From the human T2T-CHM13v2.0 reference genome, Homo sapiens: a stretch of DNA of 64,000 nt. A model generated the notes under the pieces. That model was not told the DNA's origin, made no database searches, and saw nothing but the letters and a program-made list of their open reading frames with translations. The DNA is taken from NCBI RefSeq assembly GCF_009914755.1, contig NC_060929.1. The stretch is one strand, 5' to 3'. This document shows positions 40,732-53,660 of the stretch, piece after piece. Each line of letters starts with the position of its first letter. The first letter of the stretch is position 1. A program made the position numbers and the translations under genes.

Positions 40732-41927
40732 TTAATTTTATTAAATTTAAACTCTTAAGTATTCATCTTTTGAATAATATGTGCGGTAAAATGGGAAGGA
40801 TTGTTTGAGTTACAAGCTGAACCAGCTGGTTTTTTTCATGGAGTACAACTTTTTATTGACAACCTGTTATTCAGTCTTACATATTTGTCAGATATGTTCT
40901 TGTATGTGAACAAAGTAAGCTTGTCACTTTAAGGAAAATCATGTTTGTTGTCAGTGACACAATTTGAGCTTTCAAACAAAAGTTAGAATTTTAAGCCATA
41001 TGTATTGGCCACCAAGAGATTAACAGCTTTTTAGTACTCATGCTCTTTCCTGATGATATTGCTGGTGATATTAACAAATGCAATATCAAAAGATTGCATA
41101 ATGAAATGAGCCAATATTTGGAAGACCCATATAACTCAGAGAACCAGTATTCTCTAAATGATCACTGCCTGGTGTTACAAAATCATATATGGGGTAAAAA
41201 TGAATTCAAAGTAAAAGGAGGACCAATGAACTTTAATGTAATTGAGTAAATAAAAGTTCATTGATATGATTTGATTCCATATTGCAGCCAACTTTTAAGA
41301 ATCTACTGCTAATTGGGTGTTGGTTTACTATCAAACAAAAATAGCCACGATTGTCTAAAAAATGGCTATTAAAATAGCCCTTTCTTTCCTAACTACCTTT
41401 CTCTATGTGGTCACATCTTCTTCATATACTTCAACACACAAAAACAGGAGAGTGAACACAGAGAAAGATACAAAAATCTAGCTGTCTTCTATTAAAGCAG
41501 ATTTTAAAGAGATTTGTAAAAATGCAAAATGTTTTCACTCATCAATTCTTTGTTTTATCAAATATTGTAATTTCTCATTAAAATGTTACTTTTGTTATTT
41601 TAAAATGAACTCATAAGGGAATATTTAAAATTTTGCTCAGTTTTAATTTCTAATATGGCACATATGGTAGATAATTACCATATAAACAAAAGCTCTTTGG
41701 GCTCCTTAAGAGAGTAAAGGGGTTCTGACTAAAACTCTTTACTCTCTTAATTAAGAGAGTACTTAAGAGAGTAAAGGGGTTCTGACTAAAATTCTTTACC
41801 CTCTTAGTTATTAAGTGAGAAACACTTATAAGAAACTGGCAAACACGTCTTCAGAGTGATTTTACAATTTTATACTCACAAGCAGTGTATGGGTTTCAGT
41901 TTCCCTATATCTTCTCAAACACTGGCT

Positions 41928-41929
41928 GT

Positions 41930-41964
<35 letters not shown>

Positions 41965-41968
41965 TTTT
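41928..41968. repeat. (TTTA)n microsatellite
   Basis: Read directly from the sequence. Confidence 0.9.
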
Positions 41969-42462
41969 AACCATCCTTGAGGGTGTGAATTTATAACTCA
42001 TTGCAGTTTCCATTTGCTTCATTCTGTTTGTTAATGATATGGAGCATCTTTCCATGCCTAGTGGCCATTCCTATATCTTTGATGATTTGTGTGCTCAAGT
42101 TTGTGCCTATCGTTTTATTGGGACATTTATCTTTTTATTATTTTGTAGAGTTTTATGTAATCTGTACACAAGTCTTCCATTAGATATTAGCTATAAATAT
42201 ATATTTTTTCTGCTCTATAGTTTGTCTACTCATTTTCTTAATGGTGTCTTTTACTGAGCATTTTTTTTTAAAAGTTAATCAAGTCTAATTAATCTTTTTT
42301 CCTTTATGGTTTCTATGTTTGCCTACCTAAACATTGCAAATATATTCTTGTTCATTTTTTTACAGCTTTATGGTTTGGGTTTTATGTTTAGGTTTGTGAT
42401 CCATATCAAATTAACTTTTGTTTCTAGAGTAAGAAAGGGATCTAGGTTTATTTTTTAATATC

Positions 42463-42839
42463 TGCTATGGTTTGAATATGTCCCCCACATTTCTTGTATT
42501 GGTAACATAATCCTCAAATTCGTATGTTCATTGGCGGTGGGGCCCTTGGGAGGTAAGTAGGATTAGATAAGGTCGTCAGGGTGGGGCCCCCATAGTATGA
42601 CTCATGGCTTTATAAGAAGAGGAAAAAAGACCTGAGCTGACAGGCACACTCTTGCCCTCTCACTATGGGATGCCGTTTGTCATGTTATGAGGTTGCAAAA
42701 AGGCACTCACCAGATGCCAGTACCATGCGGCTGGGCTTTCTAGCTTCCACAGCTGTAAGAAATAAATTTCATTTTTTTATAATTCATTTCTATATACTCT
42801 CAGGTATTCTGTTATAGCAACACAAAATGAATTAAGACA
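42463..42839 (+). mobile_element. MST-family (MSTB/C) MaLR solo LTR
   Basis: TGCTATGGTTTGAAT...TTAAGACA termini; aataaa near the 3' end. Confidence 0.9.
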
Positions 42840-44171
42840 ATTTAGTTCATTTGCTGTAGCAACAGAAAAAACACTGTTCACTGAATTCTATTTCTATTGG
42901 TTACCTGTACTCTCCATGTTTCTGTGCATCTATTTTATATGAATATCATGTGGTCTTGATTATTGTAGCCTTATAGAGAGCCTTTAAATAAAATAGCATA
43001 TGTCCTCTAAAGTTATACCTTTCTTTAAAAAGACTAGCCATTCAGTATTCTTTGCATTTCCAAATTAATTTTAGAATAGTCTTGTCTAGTTCTTAAGTAG
43101 CCTTTAGAAATTTTGATAAGGATTGCACCAAAGCTATATATCAATTTAAGGAGAATGGACATCTTGACAATATTGAGTCTTTCAAATTGAACATTTAGAT
43201 ATCAATTTCTAGGTCTTACTAATTTTACTAAGCAATATTTTATAATTTTCAGAATAAACTTCTCACATATATTTATTCCAAGATATTTGTTTTTGATGCT
43301 ATTGTAAATGGTATTGTAAGTTGATTTTTCTGAATACCCATTGTTAGTAAATATTGATATTATAATGTGTGATATTGCTAAATTTACTTATTAGCTCAAG
43401 TAGGTTGTGTATCCTTTTGGATAAGTGTATAATCATGTCATTAATAAATTAAAATGTTTTACTTACTTTCTAAACTGTATGTGTTTTATTTCTTGTTCTT
43501 GCTTTATTGAGCTCTCTGGGAGCTCCAGTAAAATTTTGAATAGAAGCACTGAGAATAAATATTGTTTTCTCTTTTCCTGAATCTTAAGAGTATTTGGTTT
43601 TCACCATTAAATAGATTTTAAATTTGTATTTATTTTAAATGTATTTTATCAAGAGGAAATTCTTTCTATTTCTAGTTTGCTGAGAGTTTTATCATGAAGG
43701 ATGTTAAATATTATGCCTTTCAAAGCATCTATGAAGGTGGTTATGCTATTCTTCATTGTATTAATGTGATGTATTCTATTGATTGATTTCCTAATGTCAT
43801 ATTCCTCTTGCATTTCTAAAATACATCAATTGATAATGATGTTTTATCTAAATTATATGTTACTAGTTTACCTTTACAAATACTTTGTGAAGATTTTGTG
43901 TCTATGTTCACAAGCTGTGGTGTCTTTTCTTTAATCTTTTGTAGTTGTGTTATTAACAAAGTTATACTGGTTTTATAAAATGAATTGGAATTGGCCTTTT
44001 CAATGTTTTCTGAGTTTCTATAGTATTAAGATTGTGGATGTGAAAATATTTTTTCTTTAATTCTGATTGTATTTGCCTTTTGGGCATAGGATACCCTATT
44101 TTTAAGAACGTACTTATTTTGGTGTATGTTTTCCTGGTTAATTGGTTCTTTTATTATTATTTCTATTAATA

Positions 44172-45304
44172 CAGACACACACCACACAAGGATGTTGTAG
44201 TCAATGATATACCACATATACTATGGTGGCCCATAAGATTATAAATGGAGATGAAAAATTTTTGTTGTCTAGTGACGTCACAGCCATCATAATGTCAGTG
44301 CAACGTATTACTCACGTGCTTGTGGGAATGCTGGTATGAGCAAACCTGCACTGCCATTATCTAAAAGTATGTTGCTGATTTATGCATTTGCTATACTATA
44401 TACTTTTTATCATTATTTTAGAGTGTACTCTTTCTATTTATATATAAAAAAGTTAACTGTAAAATAGCCTCAGGCATGTCGTTCAGGAGGTATTACAGAG
44501 AAAGGCATTGTTATCCTAGGAGATGACAGCTCCAAGTATGTTATTGCCCTTGAAAGACCTTCCAGTGGGATAAGATGTGGAGGTCAAAGAAAGACAGTGA
44601 TGTTGATGATCCTGACCCTGTGTAGCCCCTAGGCTAATGTGTGTGTTTTGTCTTAGTTTTTAACAAGAATTTAACAAGAATTTAAAAGTAAAAATTAAAA
44701 TTTAAAAACAAAAGCTTACAGAGTAAAAATATAAAGCAGAAAAATATTTGTGGTATACAGCTGTACGATGTATTTGTGCTTCAAACTAAGTGTCATTAAG
44801 AAGGAGTAAAAAAGTTAAAAAATTAAAAAGTTTGTAATTAAAAATTGACAGTAAGCTAAGTTTAATTCGTTACTGAAGAAAAGATATTTGTAATAAATGT
44901 AGCATAGTCTAAGTGTCCAGTATTGATAAAGTCTATGGTAGTATAGAGTAGTGTCCTAGGCCTTCATCTTTACTCTCCCCTCACTCACTGACTCACTCAG
45001 AGCAACTTCCAGTCTTGCAAGCTCCATTCATGGGAAGTGCCCTGTACAGCTATACCATTTTAAAAAATCCTTTACACTGTATTTTTACTGTACACTTTCT
45101 ATGATTAGATATGTTTAGGTACATAAATTCTTATCATTGCATTACAGTTGCCTGCAGTATTTGGTACAATAACATGCTGTACAAATTTATAACCCAGGAG
45201 CAGCAGGTTATACCATGTAGCCTAGGTGTGTATTAGGCTCTATCATCTAAATTTGTACAGGTGCACTCTATGATGTTCGCACAATGACAAAACCACCTAA
45301 TGAT
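44172..45304. mobile_element. Tigger3b/MER7B-type DNA transposon, one end truncated
   Basis: ggtggcccataagattata, gaccttccagtgggataagatgtggagg, cactcactgactcactcagagcaacttccagtc. Confidence 0.88.
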
Positions 45305-45347
45305 TTAATGATACTAAGTATTTAAAACTGTGAATTATTAGGTAAAT

Positions 45348-46775
45348 TTTTATTTTTTTTATTTCCATAGGTTTTTGGGGAACAGGTGGTGTTTGGTTAC
45401 ATGAGTAAGTTCTTTAGTGGTGATTTGTTAGATTTTGGTGCGCTCATCACCTGGACAGTATACACTGTACCCAATTTGTAGTCTTTTATCCCTCACCCTC
45501 CACCTATCCTTTCCCCCAAGTCCCCAAAGTCCACTGTATCAGTCTTATGCCTTTGCATCCTCATAGCTTAGCTTCCACTTACGAGTGAGAACATACAGTG
45601 TTTGGTTTGCCAATCCTGAGTTACTTCACTTAGAATAATGGTCTCCAATTCCATTCAGGTTGCTGTGAATGCCATTATTTTGTTTCTTTTTATGGCTGAA
45701 TAGTATTCCATGGTGTGTGTGTGTGTGTGTGTGTGTGTATACATATATATATATACACACACATATATACACACATATATATACACTACAATTTATTTAT
45801 CTACTCATTGGTTTATGGGCATTTTGGATGTTTCCATATTTTTGCAATTGTGAATTGCACTGCTATAAACATGGGTGTGCAAGTACCTTTTTTTATCCTT
45901 TTTGTGTAATGACTTATTTTCCTCTAGGTAGATACCCAGTTGTAGGATTGCTGGATCAAATGGTAGTTCTACTTTCAATTCTTCAAGGAATCTCCACCCT
46001 GTTTTCTATAGTGGTTGTACTAGTTTACCTTCTCATCAGCAGTGTAAAAGTGTTCCCTTTTCACCGAATCCTTGCCAGCAACTATTATGTTCTGACTATG
46101 GCCATTCTTGCAGGAGTAAGGTGGTATCTCATTGTGGTTTTGATTTGCATTTCTCTGATCATTAGTGATATTGAGCATTTTTTCATATGTTTGTTGGCCA
46201 TTGTATATCTTCTTTTGAGAATTGTCTATTCATGTCCTTAGCCCATTTTTTTTATGAAGTTTTTTTTCTTGCTAATTTGTTTGAGTTCCTTGTAAATCTG
46301 AATATTTGTCTGTTGTCGAATGCATAGGTTGTGAAGATTTTCTCCCACTCTGTGGGTTGTCTCTTTATTTTGCTGATTGTTTCTTTTGCTGTGCAGAAAC
46401 TTTTTAGTTTAATTAAGTTCCTATTTAACGCTGTTTTTGTTGCATTTGCTTTTGGATTTTTGGTAATGAAGTCTTTGCCTAAGCCAATGTCTAGAAGGAT
46501 TTTTCTCATGTTATCTTCTAGAATTTTTATGATTTCAGGTCTTAGATTTAAGTCTTTGATCCATCTTGAGTTGACTTTTGTATAAGGTGAGAGATGAAGA
46601 TCCAGCTTCATTCTTCTACTTGTGGCTTGTCAATTATCCCAGCACCATTTGTTGAGTAGGATGTCCTTTTTCCACTTTAAGTTTTTGTTTGCTTTGTCAA
46701 AGATCAGTTGGCTATAAGTATTTGGGTTTATTTCTGGGTTCTCTATTCTGTTGTGTTGTTCTATGTGCCTATTTT
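45348..46775 (-). mobile_element. L1PB (PB2-like), 5'-truncated; contains (TG)n(TA)n at 45713-45787
   Basis: L1PB 3'UTR; ORF2 C-terminal remnant 46252-46611 ([21 protein letters not shown]). Confidence 0.92.
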
Positions 46776-46959
46776 TAGGTTCAAATTTTAAGATATGTCT
46801 TTTGCTCAAGCAAGTCTAGTGAAATTTCTGGAGAATTCTTCTGGAATGTTGTTTAGATTGATTGTAAAAAAAAAGAAAAGAGGATAGTTAGGAAATAGAG
46901 AGGACAGTTTGGAGGCTTTAATATACGTATATGTTAGAGAAGAAAGTGTAATTTCATTT

Positions 46960-47240
46960 AAAAATAGAAAGTGAACGTAACATTTGAAGAGATAATAGCA
47001 AAGAATTTTCCAGAAATAAAGTCAGGAATCATAAGATTGAAAGTGAACCTTCAAGTCCCAAAGAGGCAAGACTAAGTCCCCAGTTAGATATTATCTTTGT
47101 GGTAAAACTTCAGATCATTAAGGAACACTGAGCACTCTTTAAAACTACTAGAAAGAAATGACAGATTCCCTACAGAGAAACTAAATTGTCTGTTAGCATC
47201 AGCAGTTTTTCTGGAAAATATAGAAATTATATGTGCTGAA
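46960..47240 (+). mobile_element. HAL1 or L1M ORF1-like fragment
   Basis: tttgaagagataatagcaaagaattttccagaaat (EEIIAKNFPE-like L1 ORF1 motif). Confidence 0.6.
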
Positions 47241-47599
47241 AGGGAATATATACAAAATTTTCATAAATGTCTTGTAATAATTATATTTTAGTTAATATCA
47301 AAGTCATTGGCATAAGATATTCCTGAGTTCAAATTCCAATGCTATCACTTCCCAGGTCCTGAGATTATCACTTTGTTTTAAGCATTCCTTTCCTTTTTTG
47401 GGTAAATTGATACACTAATAATACCCATGTAAGAGTTGCTTCAGATTTAAATTAGATAATGCATTAGAAAGTACTTAGCACAACAAGTATCAACCAGAAA
47501 GCACTGAAAAGTTACCTGAGAGACAAAAAAGTTTGAAACCACAACAGTTTGGGCATGTTAACCAAGCTCAGAGCACTGACCAACCTACTAGCATGTAAC

Positions 47600-47720
47600 A
47601 AGGTAGAGGATTTTGTCAATTTTGTTCACTGCTTTTTTCCCCAGCACCTAGAACAGTGCCTGGGAATTCAGTAGACATCAAGTAAATGTTTAGCAAGTAA
47701 GTGAATGAAGGAGTGAATTC
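47600..47720 (+). mobile_element. L2 3' end
   Basis: ttttgttcactgc...ccagcacctagaacagtgcctgg...tgaatgaa. Confidence 0.75.
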
Positions 47721-49310
47721 TTCATTCCAAACTCTGCAGCTGGAATGAGAAGCAGAGAGCATATTAGAACATGTTATTTCAACACACTCAGTCACCACCA
47801 TCATTCAGTGAATTAGATGAGTGGGGAGAAGTGAGCAACCCAATAGTGATGATAACATAGCAGCAAAGGAGAACTAGAAGCCCAGCCTTTTCAGTCTTGC
47901 CTAATATTCCTTTATACTTTACCACTGAAGGCAATAGAAACAATGGCTCTGCATCAGTCTCTGCATTCCAGCCTCAGCCTTCATCTATTGTAATTAGTGG
48001 GATTTCTTTACTTCTTTGGAACAATGAGTCAACCTGGTTCTAAAGCTTATACTCTGAATAGTTATGCTCTGCCCCCCTAGTCTTTGGGGAGGGAGGTAGG
48101 GAGAAGTTCCACTATGAAACCAGTGGATAGTATTAGTGATGGATAGGAAGATTCTAAGAAATATTGTTTCCTAATTACTCAGTTACGGAGAATGGATTTG
48201 CATGTCCTTTGAAAAGCTAGCCAGTTAAATGCAATTGATCCTCATTACGTTTTCTGCCAGAAAAATGAATGTGGTTACATGGGCCTGTAATTTTAGATAT
48301 CTAGTTGCTACTTAAGGTTGTCAGTTGGCTGTTGGAACCAAATATATTTGTATTTGAGCTCATAGCCTTAAGAAAAATTTGCCAGGTAATTAAATATCTT
48401 TTCCCTCTCTTTCATTAAGACAATTTATTATTATAATTTAATAATATATTGTTAATTATAATACTGATATAATTATATTATATTGCTTATAATAGTGTGT
48501 TATATATTCTCAAAGAGGATATAGTGATCTTTCCATGTGGGCCCCATAATTTATTTTTGCTTTGCAAATCACCAAATGAACAAGCATAATGGAATAAGAA
48601 GTATACAGAAGAGCTGAATAAGTGATACAATGGATTAACTCTTGACAATGGAGATATCCTGGGATATCTGAGGGTAATTGCTTGCGATTTTCTCACGAAT
48701 CAGCTAGTACCTAAGAGTAAACTCTCAGAGAGATCTCTAATAAATAATGACTATTACTGACAGACATAGTTAATCAGGAAGTAATGTTGACCATGAGTAC
48801 ATGGTATAGATATTTAGATCTGCAAAATTTTGACAATGAAAAATTGTACTTGTTAGAAATATTGGAGTTAAAAGACAACTGAATGTTAGTGTTTGATATG
48901 GATAAATGTTAATAAAATCTTCTGTGATATTTACATATAAAAAGCTTGATCTTGGTAAAAATAATTTTAACAAAATTTTAAATTGGAAAAAAGTACCTAT
49001 TTTGTAGTGCTGGATAGGCTATTGACCAAGGTGTTAAATTGACTGAATGTGGCTTACGCCAAAAATGTTTTTCTTAAAAAAATCATTTATATTGGAATAA
49101 TGCTACAAATACAGCCTAACATGGAGTCAGAGCATCCTCTGGTCCCAATAGCAGAATTAAAAAATGGAAGGTTAAACCAGTAATGTCAAAAATGTCCTGT
49201 AGCTGTGCAATCTAATATCAATATAAGGTTCAAAACCATTTATGTCATGAAGCACTTTGTACCATGTCTCTTTTGATTTGACATTTAAAAATGGTTTTGA
49301 CATTAAAAAA

Positions 49311-49587
49311 TTTTGTAGATGGAGTCTCATTCTTTCACTCATGCTGGGTGAAGTAGCCTGATCATAGCTCACTGCAGCCTCCAACTCCTGGGCTTAAGCT
49401 ATCCTCCTGCCTTAGTCTCCCAAATAGCTGGGATTACAGGCACACACCACCAGAACCAGCTATTGTTTAAATATTTTGTAGAGAAGGGGCTATGTTTCCC
49501 AGGCTGGTCTCAAACTCCTGTGCTCAATAGATCTTCCCACCTCAGCCTCCCACAGTGTTGGGAATACAGCTGTGACCCACTGGCCCC
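49311..49587 (-). mobile_element. AluJ
   Basis: atcatagctcactgcagcctccaactcctgggctt. Confidence 0.88.
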
Positions 49588-49839
49588 ACTGTTTTTTTTT
49601 TTTTTTGGTAGAATATCATTTCTTTATTAAAATTGTATTAAGATGACAGAGAAAAAATAAAAAATAAGTTAGTTACACTCATCTTGGCAATGACTTATCC
49701 TGAGAGAAAGCTCAGCATGTTGGGTCTCCGGACGCTTTGAAAAATTGAAAGAAAAAAAATAGCCCTCATTGATCTTCTTACTGTAAGATATCAGATTTAG
49801 TATAAAGCTTTCCTTCCTGTTAAAATGGTATTGAAAATA

Positions 49840-50030
49840 TTAATTGTGTTCTAGATCCAGCTCTGTCACTATATGTGCAACCTTCAGCAAGTCATTGAAC
49901 TCTCTCAGACTCCACTTCCTCATTTGTAAGATGGGGGTATCAAATGTCACTTATTCATTGTGCAGAACTAGTTACATAACAAGTATTGAGTGCTTAGCAT
50001 TAGTTAATCACTTAATAAGCGATAGTTTCC
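49840..50030 (+). mobile_element. MIR
   Basis: caagtcattgaactctctcagactccacttcctcatttgtaagatgggg. Confidence 0.8.
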
Positions 50031-50441
50031 ACTGTGTCACATTTCATCTTAAGTCTTCCTGTTGTTGAGACTGTGAAATTTACACTATTCTCATTCCAAG
50101 ACTTCTCTTAAAATCTCTTTATCACTTGTTTTTTATTTCCTGGTAATGTAGTATTTCAAAGTTGTTTCCTGGTTCTGAAGGTTTCAGTTCCACCCTAATT
50201 ATCCAAAAAAGAAAAATGTTGAATTTTTGCCAACAAAAGAGATACCTAGAACATAAAACCCATTAGCAAACAGATTGGCCTCTGTGCTTGATAATTCTGA
50301 CCTGCCGGATCCAAGGCTTTCTAGCGGTTTTTCGGAAACCAGCCTGAGGCAAAGCTCCAATTTCCCTCCCTGAGCACAGGCAGAGCACCCTGCACTGTGA
50401 TACTACATGTTCTGATGCCTTCTTCACTTTTCCTTTTCCAG

Positions 50442-50549
50442 TCCCATCAAGCCAGCTGCAGGGACAGCAACTGATACACACTTCTGCAAGAATGAAACTG
50501 GTTTTTTTGATAAAAGTTTAGGCCTACTGGTAGATATAACCATCACCAA
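50442..50549 (+). other. Candidate 108-nt frame-preserving exon (PIKPAAGTATDTHFCKNETGFFDKSLGLLVDITIT)
   Basis: Strong acceptor (tctgat branch, ttcttcacttttccttttccag|); weak donor CAA|gtaaat; one open frame. Confidence 0.2.
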
Positions 50550-51378
50550 GTAAATTGACAAAGCCAAATGGCATATGATAGAATTTCCATCTACACAATT
50601 TGACCAAGGCAAATTTAAAAGTTCACATTATAATTCAATCTTTTAGGCTGTCTTTTTTTTAACTTTTAGGTTCAGAGGTACATATTCAGGTTTGTTATAT
50701 AGGTAAACTTGTCATAGGAGTTTGTTATACAAAATATTTCATCATCCAGGTATAAAGCTTAGTACCCAATAGTTATTTTTTCCATTCTTCTCCCTCCCTG
50801 CACCCTCCACCCTCACGTAGACCCCAGTGTCTGCTGTTCCCTTCTTTGTATTCATGTGTTCTCATTATTTAGCTCCCACTTGCAAGTGAGAACATGCAGT
50901 ATTTTGTTTTCTGTTCTTGCGTTAGTTTGCTAAGGATAATGGCCTCAGCTCCATCCATGTTCCTGCAAAAACATGATCCCATTCTTTTTTATGGCTACAT
51001 AGTATTCTATGGTGTATATGTATCACATTTTCTTTATCCAATCTGGCATTGATGGGCATTTAGATTGATTCCATGTCTTTGCTATTGTGAATAGTTCTGC
51101 AGTGAACATTTGTGTGCATGTGTCTTTATGGTAGAATAATTTATATTCCTCTGGGATTTTTGAGTGGAATGATAGTTCTGTTTTTAGCTGTTTGAGCCAT
51201 ATTGGCTTTACACAATGGTTGAACTAATTTACTCTCCCACCAACAGTGTATAAGTGACCAATAGTGTATAAGTGTTCCCTTTTCTCTACAACCTCACCAG
51301 CATCTGTTATTTTTTGAGTTTTTAATAGTAGCCATTCTAACTGGTGTGAGATGCTATCTCATTGTGGTTTTGATTTGC

Positions 51379-51707
51379 TCCTTCCTTCCTTCCTTCCTTC
51401 CTTCCTTCCTTCCTTTCTATTTTGAGACAGAGTTTCTCTCTTGTTGCCGAGGCTGGAGTGCAATGGTGCAACCTCGGCTCACTGTTACCTCCGCCTCCTT
51501 GGTTCAAGCAATTCTCTTGCCTCAGCCTCCTGAGTAGCTGGGATTAGAGGCATGCGCCATCACGCCTGGCAAATTTTTGTGTTTTATAGTAGAGATAGGG
51601 TTTCTTCATATTGATCAGGCTGGTCTCGAACTCCTAACCTCAGGTGATCCACCTGCCTCAGCCTCCCAAAGTGCTGGGATTACAGGCATGAGCCACTGTG
51701 CCCAGTC
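51379..51707 (-). mobile_element. AluSp-like with (TTCC)n tail
   Basis: gtttctctcttgttgcc, gcaatgg; TSD GATTTGC. Confidence 0.93.
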
Positions 51708-51796
51708 AGATTTGCATTTTTCTAATGATCAGTGATGTTGAGCTTTTTTTTTCGTATGTATATTGGCTGCATGTATGTCTTCTTTTGAAAAGTTTC

Positions 51797-52282
51797 TGTA
51801 TTAGTCTGTTTCCAAGATGCTGATAAGGACATACCTGAGACTAGGAAGAACAAGAGATTTAATTGGATTTACAGTTCCACATGGCTGGGGAGGCCTCAGC
51901 ATCATGTCGGGAGGTAAAAGGCACTTCTTACATGGCAACAGCAAAAGAAAAATGAAGAGGAAGCAAAAGCTGAAACCCCTGAAAAACCCATCAGATCTCT
52001 ACTGGGCGCACGGTGGCTCACACCTGTAATCCCAGCACTTTGGGAGTCCGAGACAGGCAGATCACGAGGTCAGGAGATCAAGACCATCCTGGCTAACATG
52101 GTGAAACCCTGTCTCTACTAAAAATACAAAAAAATTAGCCGGGCATGTTGGCGGGTGCCTGTTGTCTCAGCTACTCAGGAGGCTGAAGCAGGAGAATGGC
52201 GTGAACCTGGGAGGCGGAGCCTGCAGTGAGCCAAGATCATGCCATTGCACTCCAGCCTAGGGGACAGAGTGAGACTCCGTCT

Positions 52283-52323
<41 letters not shown>

Positions 52324-52485
52324 ATCAGATCTCATGAAACTTATTCACTATCATGAGGATAGCATGGGAAAGGCTGGCCCCTATGATTCAACTACCTCCC
52401 ACTGGGTCCCTCCCACAACATGTGGGAATTCTGGGAGGTACAATATAAGTTGAGATTTGGGTGGGGACACAGCCAAACCTTATCA
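51797..52485 (-). mobile_element. THE1C-like MaLR solo LTR, split by an Alu
   Basis: TGTATTAGTC...AAACCTTATCA termini; TSD GTTTC/GTTCC. Confidence 0.92.
52000..52321 (+). mobile_element. AluY with a 38-nt pure poly(A)
   Basis: gatcacgaggtcaggagatc, gagaatggcgtgaacc; TSD CCATCAGATCTC. Confidence 0.95.
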
Positions 52486-53449
52486 GTTCCTTTGCATGTC
52501 CATTGCTCACTTTTAAATGGGATTGTTTGTTTTTCTCTTGTAAATTTGTTTAAGTTCCTTGTAGATGCTGGATGTTAGACCTTTGTCAGATGCATAGTTT
52601 GCAAAAGTTTGCAAAGGTTTTCTCCCATTCTGTAGGTTTTCTGTTTACTCTGTTGATTGTTTTGCTGTTCAGAAACTCTTAAGTTTAATTAGATCTCATT
52701 TGTCACTTTTTGCTTTTGTTGCAATTGCTTTTAGCATCTTCATCACGAAATCCTTGCCTGTGCCTACAACCACAATGAAAGTGCCTAGGTTGTCTTTCAG
52801 CATTTTAATAACTTTGGGTTTTACATTTAAGTCTTTAATCCATCTTAAGTTGATTTTTGTATTTGGTGTAAGGAAGGGATCCAGTTTCAGTCTTCTGCAT
52901 ATGGCTAGCCAGTTATCCCAAGCACTGTTTAGGGGGTCCTTCCTCCATTGCTTGTTTTTGTCAGCTTTGTTGAAGATCAGATGGTCATAGCTGTGTGGCC
53001 TTATTTTTTGGCTCTCTATTCTGTTCCATTGGTCTATATGTCTGTTTTTGTACTAGTACCATGCTGTTTTGGTTACCATAGCTCTGTAGTATATTTGAAG
53101 CCAGGTAGCATGATGCCTCCAGCTTTGTTCTTTTTGCTTAGGCCTTCCTTGGCTATTCAAGCTCTTTTTTGGTTCCATATGAATTTTAAGATAGGCTTTT
53201 GTTTCTTTTTACTTGTAAACTAGTTAAATTCACAATATAAAAAGCAATCTATGTTTAAGCAATACTATTATTAAAGATAATTAAAATATCATATGTTATA
53301 AATGAGCTGATAGGTACCTTTAAGATTGTCTGATCCCCACTTCTAATTTTATAGCTGAAGCCAAAACAATCAAGTGATATTACCATGGTCGTTTAGTAAT
53401 TTGTGGTGTCCAGAATAGGATTGGGACTTCAGAGGTATGTGATATGTTT

Positions 53450-53660
53450 TCTATAGATAAGACTTAAGACTCTAGAACCAAAGGACCTGGGTTTGACTCT
53501 TCAACTCTCTATTTACTGGTGCAAAGAAAGTACTTCCTGTCTCTCAGCCTTTTTCTCCTCATCTGTGTAGTAGGGGCATTGACAGTGTCTGCTGGATAGG
53601 GCTGTGGCAAGGGTTAAGCCACAATATACAGTGAGGGAATATTGTAGAGTGCCTAGCACT
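53450..53660 (+). mobile_element. MIR
   Basis: gactctagaaccaaaggacctgggtttgactc...ctcatctgtgtagtagggg. Confidence 0.6.

Larger units (their letters stand above)
50652..53192 (-). mobile_element. L1PA13/14-like, 5'-truncated; interrupted by AluSp and THE1C
   Basis: 3'UTR aacttttaggttcagaggtacat...agtacccaatagttattttt; ORF2 continues at 52491-53192. Confidence 0.9.

Noticed and set aside
45669-46241. Longest ORF in the track (190 aa)
   Set aside because: Antisense to the L1PB 3' end and runs through a microsatellite.
48555-48680. Exon-like KSPNEQA*WNKKYTEELNK*YNGLTLDNGDILGYLR ending at AGG|gtaatt
   Set aside because: No convincing acceptor, two stops, no recognisable family.
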